From NCBI GenBank assembly GCA_020348865.1, contig CP070754.1, positions 873,947-908,246 on the forward strand: a DNA stretch of 34,300 nucleotides. The letters are read 5' to 3'. The notes under the pieces are model-generated. The model had not been told where the DNA came from. It did not search any database and worked only from the letters and a program-made list of their open reading frames with translations. This DNA comes from Candidatus Bathyarchaeota archaeon (lineage in GTDB: Archaea; Thermoproteota; Bathyarchaeia; Bathyarchaeales; Bathyarchaeaceae). Of this stretch, positions 26,874-34,300 are shown piece by piece; the stretch's first letter is position 1; each line of letters opens with the position of its first letter. The translations under genes were made by a program, and so were the position numbers.

Positions 26874-27704
26874 TTGACACTAGATGAAATGATAAATGAT
26901 AGGAAAGAGCAGATTATGGAAGATGCCCGCCACAACGTATCGTTGGAGTTAGTAATTTTCGTAATATTCATGATACCAGCCATAGTGTTGGGGGCATTCG
27001 TATTCCTGTACATGATACTTGAAGTTACCCCCGACTTCGCGCCTGGACCAGGCATGCAATTAGAGAGACTGCTACAACCACAAATATGGCATCCAAATGC
27101 CACGCATGAGTTGGCTTATCAGGATTATATTACTCCATCTATTCCGGTGGTAATGCTTTTGTCAGATGAGGTGAATGGAAAGGTAGAAGCGTATAGGGTC
27201 GCCGTGCGTTGGGTGTGGGTTTCTGATGATACACTGAATGGTGTGGAAGAAGAGTGGTTGATGCCGGAAGTTTTTCTCGTGGACACTCCTAACTACGACA
27301 CGAATCCAGCGAAACCTAGAGCAGCAAGCGATTGTGAGGAGCAAGCAAACTCTCTAGTGTCTCTCTTGAGAGCGGAAGGTGTTGAAGCAGAGGACGTGAG
27401 AGTTGTCTTGGGATCAGTGAACTTCGACGGCGACGAAGGAGGACACGCTTGGGTGGAAGTGTATGAGAATGAAAGATGGCTGGCGTTGGAAGCCACATCT
27501 GGCCCGTACTACGACGATGATTCACAGAGAGTGATGGAAAGAAGAGGTATGCCCTACGACTATTACTGGACCACTTCATACCCCAGTGTGGACATCTGGT
27601 TTTGCTACAACGACGTCTACTACATAGACTTCATACACGATGAAGAGAGTGCTCCTGACCATTGGTCCACACTACAAGCTGCAAGCAGCAAAGGGTTCAC
27701 TTGA
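26874..27704 (+). CDS. Membrane-anchored transglutaminase-like cysteine protease domain protein
   Basis: DCEEQA..L.SLLRA.G, GHAWVEV and W..LEAT give a putative Cys-His-acid triad; one N-terminal TM helix. Start uncertain. Confidence 0.85.
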   Translation: MTLDEMINDRKEQIMEDARHNVSLELVIFVIFMIPAIVLGAFVFLYMILEVTPDFAPGPGMQLERLLQPQIWHPNATHELAYQDYITPSIPVVMLLSDEVNGKVEAYRVAVRWVWVSDDTLNGVEEEWLMPEVFLVDTPNYDTNPAKPRAASDCEEQANSLVSLLRAEGVEAEDVRVVLGSVNFDGDEGGHAWVEVYENERWLALEATSGPYYDDDSQRVMERRGMPYDYYWTTSYPSVDIWFCYNDVYYIDFIHDEESAPDHWSTLQAASSKGFT

Positions 27705-27826
27705 GTAGAGTAGATGCAACGGATTTCTCCTCAGCAATGTTGACTATGACCACGCATCCATGCCAAGAAAGAGAAGGCATTTATTTTAGAATCTATACTT
27801 CTCTGGAGAAGGCGTGAAAGCAAAAA

Positions 27827-28036
27827 ATGACTACAATAGGTGACCACGTCAGGTGCCCACAATGCGGTGGAACCGCCCGTGTCGTTTGGATTTCACAAGA
27901 CGGAGGAACAGAGGCAATAAAATGTGCCAGATATCATAGTCAAATGAGTCCCCCTCCGACCAAATTCAGTTCACGTGCCCAAGCAAAGACGAAGAAGGGA
28001 ATGGTCTTTCTTGTGAAAACTACGCCTAAGAAGTAA
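27827..28036 (+). CDS. Small putative zinc-binding protein
   Basis: CPQCG...C-x3-H and a basic tail; preceded by an AT-rich TATA-like box (about 27779-27787). Confidence 0.7.
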   Translation: MTTIGDHVRCPQCGGTARVVWISQDGGTEAIKCARYHSQMSPPPTKFSSRAQAKTKKGMVFLVKTTPKK

Positions 28037-28257
28037 GCCCTCAATACAGTTTACGTTACCGAATAACAACGGTATATTCCTCAAGTCAGTTTGCAGACTG
28101 ACAAACTGTAGTTCAGTTATCAAATAGGTGGTATCTGGCATAGGGGCAAGACACCTACAACATGATGGAATCTGAATGTGGCGAAACAAACCCCAAGATA
28201 GATAAATGAACGCAACGAATTTACTAGGACTGCTTTGCACACACGCAGGTGTTCCAA

Positions 28258-29019
28258 ATGCTTATAATTTTCATCATTGGCACCGCAGGTTCAGGAAAAT
28301 CCTTCCTTACAGCCGCCTTCATTGACTGGCTGAGAATTCAGAAACAAAACGTGGCAACCGTGAACATGGATCCTGGAGCTTACACCTTGCCATACGCGCC
28401 AGACATCGACGTTCGCGACTACGTAAGTGTTCAGAAACTGATGGAAGAGTACAAACTTGGACCCAACGGCGCACTCCTAATGGCGGCAGATTTGATTGCA
28501 GAAGAAGCAGAAAGACTTGGACGAGAAATCGAAGCCCTCAAGCCTGATATGGCTCTCGTGGACACTCCGGGTCAAATGGAGCTCTTCGCCTTCAGAGCCA
28601 GCGGACCCTACATCGTGAATGAAATAAGCAAAGAACCAAAGGCGATACTATACCTTTTTGATTCGGTGTTTTCGGCCAGTCCACTCAACTATGTTTCGAA
28701 CATGTTTCTATCCGCAGCCGTGTACAATCGCTTTTTTGTTCCCCAAACGTACGTGCTGTCAAAGTGCGATCTTCTTCCGCCTGAAGACGTAGATCGCATC
28801 GTAGACTGGTCTGCTAATCCTGAGGCTTTGGAATCGGCAATCGAAGAAGAGCTAAGTGGAACAAGGCGCCTGCTTAGCCGCGACATGATGCATGCAATCT
28901 ACAGGCTGGGTTTGAGGTTTCTTCTAGTACCTGTTTCTGCCAAGACAAATGATGGATTCATCAATCTCAACGCGGCCTTGGAGCGTATTGCCACAGAAGG
29001 AGAGAAATTCACTACGTGA
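28258..29019 (+). CDS. GPN-loop GTPase (archaeal PAB0955-like)
   Basis: GTAGSGKS, NMDPG, LGPNGA, DTPGQMELF, SKCD, VSA. Confidence 0.95.
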   Translation: MLIIFIIGTAGSGKSFLTAAFIDWLRIQKQNVATVNMDPGAYTLPYAPDIDVRDYVSVQKLMEEYKLGPNGALLMAADLIAEEAERLGREIEALKPDMALVDTPGQMELFAFRASGPYIVNEISKEPKAILYLFDSVFSASPLNYVSNMFLSAAVYNRFFVPQTYVLSKCDLLPPEDVDRIVDWSANPEALESAIEEELSGTRRLLSRDMMHAIYRLGLRFLLVPVSAKTNDGFINLNAALERIATEGEKFTT

Positions 29020-29123
29020 TTGAAAGGTAGCTACAGAAACCAAGACGTATATGTAGCTTAATGCTTCTGCCGTTTTCTTGAATAGACTCTTAGCTCAGAG
29101 AAATCGGTTGCTAGAGAGCACGA

Positions 29124-29450
29124 TTACTTGGCCATTTCTCTGAACTTGATGTATAACGCAGAGAAAATCACTCCAATCCCGACTATTATTGCACCTCTCA
29201 AAGAGACGCATATTCCGTAGGAAACCCAGCCAAGTGTATTGAAGAACGAGGAAATCACGCTGAATATTGTAAGTAGACTTCCAGCTGCCATAAGCAAGGG
29301 ACTTGCACCAAGACACTTGGACGCCACTAAAACAAAGAGACCCACTAACATCATTGTGCAGCCACAAACAGCCCACGTAGCACCAGCCGTCATGATCCCT
29401 GCAGTGGCTTCAAACGACTCGTGATTAATGTTTCTAGAAACGGACAACAT
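29124..29450 (-). CDS. Hypothetical small membrane protein
   Basis: 108 aa with three hydrophobic segments; fills the gap between the GPN GTPase and tRNA-Lys. Confidence 0.5.
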   Translation of the reverse strand: MLSVSRNINHESFEATAGIMTAGATWAVCGCTMMLVGLFVLVASKCLGASPLLMAAGSLLTIFSVISSFFNTLGWVSYGICVSLRGAIIVGIGVIFSALYIKFREMAK

Positions 29451-29554
29451 CCATATTTGCTTCCAGAATCATGTACATTCGAGTCCTGTTTGACTGTCCA
29501 TTGCTGTAGGTGACAGAAACCCTTAATTCAATCTCCAATGGTGAAGATAAAAGA

Positions 29555-29649
29555 GGGCCCGTAGCTCAGCAAGGATAGAGTTCAGAAACATCTACAGCAC
29601 CGGGCTTTTAACCCGGTGGTCGTGGGTTCAATTCCCGCCGGGCCCGCCA
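29555..29649 (+). tRNA. tRNA-Lys(UUU) with a 17-nt intron at non-canonical position 22/23; CCA encoded
   Basis: Acceptor GGGCCCG/CGGGCCC-G-CCA; anticodon arm CCGGG-CTTTTAA-CCCGG. Removing AGTTCAGAAACATCTAC (29579-29595) restores the D-stem GCTC/GAGC. BRE/TATA-like GAAACCCTTAATT at about 29516-29528. Confidence 0.95.
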
Positions 29650-29925
29650 TTTCATTATGTTACTCTACATGCACGTGTGGTTGCATTCCACTCTGGATCA
29701 ATGGGTGTGTTTTGTTCCGTCACAGCTTCGTTGCAATTGGAAATGTGGAAGATGGAGCTATCGTTTGGGCGGTGATTCCAGAGGCAACGGGATATACACA
29801 TGTAGTCAAGTCGAAATAGAAGTCTTTCAGGAAAGGAGTTCCTCGGTGATAATCCGAAAGTGCATTTGATAAAAATTTAAGTAGAAGCCTCTTTTCTTTA
29901 TGAAACTCAGCGTCTTGTCCACGCA

Positions 29926-30000
29926 GCCCTGGTAGTATAGCTCGGTCTAGTATAGACGGCTGTCGCCCGTCCGACCCGGGTTCAAATCCCGGCCAGGGCG
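29926..30000 (+). tRNA. tRNA-Asp(GUC), CCA not encoded
   Basis: Acceptor GCCCTGG/CCAGGGC-G; anticodon arm GACGG-CTGTCGC-CCGTC; T arm CCGGG-TTCAAAT-CCCGG. TATA-like AAAAATTTAAG at 29871-29881 and a pyrimidine tract downstream. Confidence 0.95.
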
Positions 30001-30013
30001 CTCTTTCTTTTTC
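30001..30013 (+). terminator. Pyrimidine/oligo-T tract after tRNA-Asp
   Basis: CTCTTTCTTTTTC immediately 3' of the tRNA. Confidence 0.45.
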
Positions 30014-30203
30014 AGGGCACCTACAGATGAAGATTTTTTCCATTTAAGGAAAGTGTACACTTGGAGAACAGCCACACAGTTGAATATTGTCATGTTGAAG
30101 ATGGACGCAGTATTATGCAAACGGGAATGTGTACGGACGGGAAATAACACCATTTAAACAGGCTTCAATAGTTGTTTTTGAAGTCTGGGTGGAGAATGAT
30201 ACA

Positions 30204-30437
30204 ATGGTTAAGCTGAACACGAAAGGTAAACCATTGATAATTATGATAAACGGAGAATTGTATGGTATCGAAGAAATCTCGGAGATCGATCCTACATACA
30301 ACAAGAAAAAGAGTACGAAATTCTTCACAATAAGAGCAACAAACATAACCGGTCAAAGGAAATTAACAATAAGTCTAGATTTTCGCCTGCTTGACGTAGT
30401 AAAAATGGAAAACGGAGACGTATCATACATACGCTGA
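30204..30437 (+). CDS. Small AT-rich hypothetical protein
   Basis: 77 aa from ATG 30204 (GGAG upstream, TTTAAA at 30153); about 36% GC by hand count. Confidence 0.55.
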   Translation: MVKLNTKGKPLIIMINGELYGIEEISEIDPTYNKKKSTKFFTIRATNITGQRKLTISLDFRLLDVVKMENGDVSYIR

Positions 30438-30535
30438 ACAACGTGTGTAACCCATGCGGATTTCCAACCTGCCAACCGGAAGCACTAACTTTTTATTGGC
30501 ACAAACGAAATCTAGCCTTCACGAAGTGATATGTT

Positions 30536-31129
30536 GTGGCATCATGGCCTGAGCTGTTGATAGACATTGTGCCGTTTACCCTGATTCTAGGGGGTTTTGC
30601 TTCAGCTTCTTGGCTACTAGAAAGGTCAATCGGACACTCACCTATCGTGGGAAAGCCTCTGCGTTGGTTCGCAAAAGTCGCGTCAAGTCTAGGCTTATTC
30701 ATAGGGATTCTCCTTATGGCAACGGGAGTGATTGTATGGTGGATTCAGCCAACAATAGGATCTGATTCAATCACACAGCTCCTCTTGATCGTTACTGGGA
30801 TTGCACTATTTCTGAAACCTATCAAAGATGTTCGCTGGGCCTCGTTGATTGGGTTGACGGCGGGTTGCCTATGTGTCGGATATGTTTACATGTTTCATAG
30901 ATTGCCAGAGACTTTTTTCGGCATACAATCAAGATGGATTTACGTTGTGGTCTTCCTTCTCCCAGGTCTCGTTGTGTATCTCCTCTTCAAGTTCGTTGAA
31001 GATTTGCTGTCATTCATCGGATCGGTTTTATCATTCAAGCTTACAGCAATCACTTTAGGCCTATTGTGCATTGTGCAAGGACTGCTTCTGTTTTTTGATC
31101 GGAGTTTGTATGAGGTTTTTCAGATATGA
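30536..31129 (+). CDS. Hypothetical multi-pass membrane protein
   Basis: 197 aa, about six hydrophobic segments. Confidence 0.75.
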   Translation: MASWPELLIDIVPFTLILGGFASASWLLERSIGHSPIVGKPLRWFAKVASSLGLFIGILLMATGVIVWWIQPTIGSDSITQLLLIVTGIALFLKPIKDVRWASLIGLTAGCLCVGYVYMFHRLPETFFGIQSRWIYVVVFLLPGLVVYLLFKFVEDLLSFIGSVLSFKLTAITLGLLCIVQGLLLFFDRSLYEVFQI

Positions 31130-31193
31130 CCCAGTTTCAATGGAAAGCGAAAACAGGAAAGAGAAAGGGTATTCCAGAGTTGGAAATGTTCAG

Positions 31194-32519
31194 TTATGCT
31201 TTCTTCGGGGCTTTCTCCGTGACTTTCTCCGTGATTTCCTTGATTACCCCAGCTGCAACGGTGGTTCCCATGTCACGTATCGCAAATCGCCCAAGCTCAG
31301 GGAAATCAGTGTAGGCTTCAATTGATATGGGGTGAAGCGGTTCAAATCGAACGACTGCGCCGTCTCCAGTCTTCAAGAAAGCTGGTTTCTCTTCGACAGT
31401 CTGTCCAGTACGTGGGTCCAATTTCTTGATTAACTCTGTGAATCGACATGCGACTTGGCTGGTGTGGGCGTGCAACACTGGAGAATATCCAGCTGCAATT
31501 GCTGTTGGGTGGTAGATGACTATTATTTGTCCAATAAACTCTTTTGCAACAGTTGGTGGGTTGTTGATATGCCCACCTACGTCCCCTCTTCGAATGTCTT
31601 GGTGTGATACACCTCGGACATTGAATCCTATGTTGTCGCCAGGTCCAGCCGTCTTCATTTGAACATGATGTGTTTCGATGGATTTGACTTCTCCTTTGGA
31701 ACCCGATGGCATGAACACAAGGGTGTCTCCTACTTTCAACTCGCCGGTCTCAACTCTTCCGACAGGGACTGTTCCAACTCCAGTAATTGTGTAAACGTCT
31801 TGCACGGGAAGGCGGAGTGGTTTAGTACCTGGCTTGGGGGGCACTTCGAAGTTGTCAAGAGCCTCGAAGAGGGTTGGACCCTTGTACCATGACATTTTCT
31901 CGCTGCGTTTGAATAGGTTGTCGCCTGTCCATCCAGACGTTGGTACAAACGGAATCTTTTCAACGTTGAATCCGACTATCTTAAGCATTCTGGAGATTTC
32001 ATTTTTAATCTCCTCGTATCTCTCCTGGCTCCAATTCACTGTTTGGTCATCCATTTTATTGATAGCTACAACTAGCTGGTTTACACCAAGCGTGAAAGCT
32101 AGAAAAGCGTGTTCTTTGGTTTGTCCACCTGAGCCGATTCCCGCCTCGAATTCTCCTCGTTTCGCAGAGACGAAGAGGAACGCTGCATCTGCTTGGCTGG
32201 CTCCTGTGACCATGTTTTTCACGAAGTCTCTGTGTCCAGGTGCGTCGATGACAGTGAAGAAGTATTTTGGGGTTTCGAACTTTAGGAAGGCAAGGTCAAT
32301 AGTTAGTCCACGTTCTCTTTCTTCTTTGAGTTTGTCGAGAACCCAAGCGAATTTGAAGGTTTCTTTGCCCAGCTTTTTTGCTTCATCTTCGTATACTTTG
32401 GCTGTTCGCTCGTCAACAGTTCCGGTGAGGCTGAAGAGGTGTCCTACCGTAGTAGATTTTCCATGGTCCACATGCCCAGTGACTATGAGGTTCAAGTGGG
32501 GTTTCTCAGTTTTGCTCAT
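31194..32519 (-). CDS. tuf: Translation elongation factor EF-1alpha
   Basis: [57 protein letters not shown]. Start at ATG 32519 or GTG 32534. Confidence 0.98.
   Translation of the reverse strand: MSKTEKPHLNLIVTGHVDHGKSTTVGHLFSLTGTVDERTAKVYEDEAKKLGKETFKFAWVLDKLKEERERGLTIDLAFLKFETPKYFFTVIDAPGHRDFVKNMVTGASQADAAFLFVSAKRGEFEAGIGSGGQTKEHAFLAFTLGVNQLVVAINKMDDQTVNWSQERYEEIKNEISRMLKIVGFNVEKIPFVPTSGWTGDNLFKRSEKMSWYKGPTLFEALDNFEVPPKPGTKPLRLPVQDVYTITGVGTVPVGRVETGELKVGDTLVFMPSGSKGEVKSIETHHVQMKTAGPGDNIGFNVRGVSHQDIRRGDVGGHINNPPTVAKEFIGQIIVIYHPTAIAAGYSPVLHAHTSQVACRFTELIKKLDPRTGQTVEEKPAFLKTGDGAVVRFEPLHPISIEAYTDFPELGRFAIRDMGTTVAAGVIKEITEKVTEKAPKKA
31211..31234. repeat. Exact 12-bp tandem duplication in the tuf 3' end
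   Basis: CTTTCTCCGTGA x2, encoding (I)TEK-(V)TEK. Confidence 0.85.
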
Positions 32520-32807
32520 TTCTGTTTTCTCCACATTTTGTTTCTGCTCATTTTCCTTTGGTTGTAGTGAAATTGCTAATAGAGACTGTCTCTTCGATTA
32601 GATAAAGTTTTTGAATTGGAACATTTTTTCAATGGTTTCTTGTTATCTGTCGGCTCTACACCGCATCCTTCATCTTGAAGCATTATTGTAGAGACCAGTC
32701 TTCATCTAATGTATCTGCATATGGTTTCCCATTTTTTGTTTGGATGAGGCATTTAAAGAAATATTAGTGTCACTGTGCTGATTTATGGGCGTGGGTGCGA
32801 CTCTGGC

Positions 32808-34031
32808 ATGCCAGCGAATCTTCCTGCAGAGGCAAAGCACAAATGGAGTGAAGTTGCATCAGCGAAAACGCCTCAGGAAAAGCTTCGCACGCTCAAAGAG
32901 TTTTTGAGTTTAGTTCCGAAACACAAAGGCACGGCTCGCCTTCGTGCTCAAGCAAAACGCCAAATCGCCTCTCTGCGAAGAGAAATCGAAGAGAGAAAGC
33001 AGAGAAAAATCGGGAAGGGCGGACCAAGATTCTTCATAGAGAAAGAAGGCGCAGCACAGATTGCGATTCTGGGTCCAACGAACGTAGGTCGAAGCAGCTT
33101 GTTAGCTTCGATAACCAACGCAAAGGTTGTGGTTTCAGGCTATCCATTTACGACACTTGAACCTGTGCCAGGCATGTTTCAATATGAAAATCTGCAGTTT
33201 CAGATGGTCGAAGCCCCTCCGTTGATGAAAGGTTCAGCCGATGGAGAAGCGTGGGGTCCACAAACGTTAGCATTGGCTCGTAACGCTGACGGATTGATAT
33301 TGATGGTAGATCTATCACGAAGACCTTGCAGACAACTGTCTCTGATCCTGGGTGAACTGGAAAAAGCGAAGATTCTAACTCAGAAACCTCGCGCACGAGT
33401 AGACATCGCAAGAAGACACATGAACGTAGGTCTGAAAATCCTTGTGCTAGGACGACTAGTCAACTGTACTGTGAGGGATGTAGAACAACTGCTGAGAAGC
33501 TATCGAATCTCAGACGGAATAGTGAAGATCTACGGAAAAGCCACATTAAATGATGTGGAAGATGCCATCTTCGAAAGTACCGTGTATCGTCCTGCAATAG
33601 TCGTTGCCAACAAGGCAGACGCTCCCAATGCAATTGCAGAGACGAAGGAATTGTTTAGTCGCACTAGCAATCGGATGAAAAGTATCCAGATTTCCTGTAA
33701 GAACCGGACTGGCTTGGAAGATTTAGGAGTAGAGCTGTTCAGAGTGTTGAACATAATCCGTGTCTACACGAAGGAGCCAAACAAGAAAAAGCCCTCTTCA
33801 AAACCGTTCATCCTGAAGAAAGGAGCTACGGTTCAAGATTTGGCAAAACAGATTCATAGCGACTTTTACCGACAGTTCAGTTATGCGAAGGTGTGGGCTA
33901 ATCCTCCTCAAAAAGGTGAAGGCGCAAAAAAGACGCCTAGAGCGAAAAGACGTTTTTCTTTCAGTCCACAGAAAGTGGGCTTGAGCTTTCCCCTGGAAGA
34001 CGGTGACATTATAGAACTGCACATAAAATAG
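32808..34031 (+). CDS. OBG-family DRG-type GTPase with a C-terminal TGS domain
   Basis: MPANLP, PKHKGT, G1 GPTNVGRSSL, G2 YPFTT, G4 NKAD, IRVYTK, IHSDF, LEDGDIIELH. Confidence 0.9.
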   Translation: MPANLPAEAKHKWSEVASAKTPQEKLRTLKEFLSLVPKHKGTARLRAQAKRQIASLRREIEERKQRKIGKGGPRFFIEKEGAAQIAILGPTNVGRSSLLASITNAKVVVSGYPFTTLEPVPGMFQYENLQFQMVEAPPLMKGSADGEAWGPQTLALARNADGLILMVDLSRRPCRQLSLILGELEKAKILTQKPRARVDIARRHMNVGLKILVLGRLVNCTVRDVEQLLRSYRISDGIVKIYGKATLNDVEDAIFESTVYRPAIVVANKADAPNAIAETKELFSRTSNRMKSIQISCKNRTGLEDLGVELFRVLNIIRVYTKEPNKKKPSSKPFILKKGATVQDLAKQIHSDFYRQFSYAKVWANPPQKGEGAKKTPRAKRRFSFSPQKVGLSFPLEDGDIIELHIK

Positions 34032-34049
34032 AACCATGGAGTCTTCGCA

Positions 34050-34300
34050 CTAACGAGATGACATCGCTACTCTTTCCATCTCATGACGTTTTCCCACACC
34101 GCTACTCTTTGAATCGTTTTTTGCTGCCAATATCAGTTCCTCTGCAAGCCATTCTTCAAGAGGACGGGGATTGCCAAAAGTCGATTTTCTGGCGCCTTCT
34201 GAAAGTAAACGTAGAGCCAAGTCCACTCGTCTCTGGGGCGAGATATCTACTGCTTGGTGATATGTTACGCCTCCGTACCCAATTCTGGTTGTGTCTTCGC
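34050..34300 (-). CDS. rps7: 30S ribosomal protein S7 (uS7), 3' part; start lies outside the window
   Basis: Manual translation from 34298: EDTTRIGYGGVTYHQAVDISPQRRVDLALR...LAEELILAAKNDSKSSGVGKRHEMERVAMSSR*. Not in the ORF track. Confidence 0.95.
   Translation of the reverse strand, partial: EDTTRIGYGGVTYHQAVDISPQRRVDLALRLLSEGARKSTFGNPRPLEEWLAEELILAAKNDSKSSGVGKRHEMERVAMSSR

Noticed and set aside
28045-28110. Bona fide hammerhead ribozyme
   Set aside because: The core reads TTGAGGA and GTAAA rather than CTGANGA and GAAA, and stem II is not flush with the core; kept only as a generic structured-RNA candidate.
29616-30153. ORFs overlapping tRNA-Lys and tRNA-Asp
   Set aside because: Shadow ORFs across tRNA genes with no protein-like features.
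31834-32601. 255-aa plus-strand ORF and other long antisense ORFs (e.g. 1009-1677, 25995-26540)
   Set aside because: They lie antisense to well-supported genes and have no recognisable motifs.
1-34300. CRISPR array, rRNA or IS element
   Set aside because: No regularly spaced repeats, rRNA-like sequence or transposase ORF was seen on reading.

Overview
Archaeal chromosomal segment, most likely Bathyarchaeia (inferred from the MNRKTVSGIMLTL-type signal peptide, the dockerin-tailed surface protein and the TACK-like gene content). In order along the window: (1) an accessory region around tRNA-Pro(GGG), with GyrI-like, DUF362 and VOC genes, a probable eroded integrase tail just 5' of the tRNA, and a secreted dockerin protein whose signal peptide is cut off by an in-frame TAG; (2) a tightly coupled operon of a degenerate RadA-like ATPase, a small helical protein and PolB2 (a candidate archaeal mutasome), whose promoter carries a TTCACTTTCA/ANTTTC damage-response-like box; (3) a tRNA-maturation cluster (cca, thpR, UPF0200/UPF0201, rnz, trm11, a divergent prs); (4) a UbiA-GT2-methyltransferase-class II HMG-CoA reductase run; (5) trmO, a CBS protein, two radical SAM genes, small Zn-ribbon proteins, CinA-like, transglutaminase-like and GPN GTPase genes; (6) tRNA-Lys(UUU) with a non-canonical 22/23 intron and tRNA-Asp(GUC); (7) EF-1alpha, a DRG-type GTPase and the 3' half of rps7, which the ORF track missed. 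No CRISPR array, rRNA or intact mobile element was seen. All family calls come from motif recognition by eye, not from database searches.
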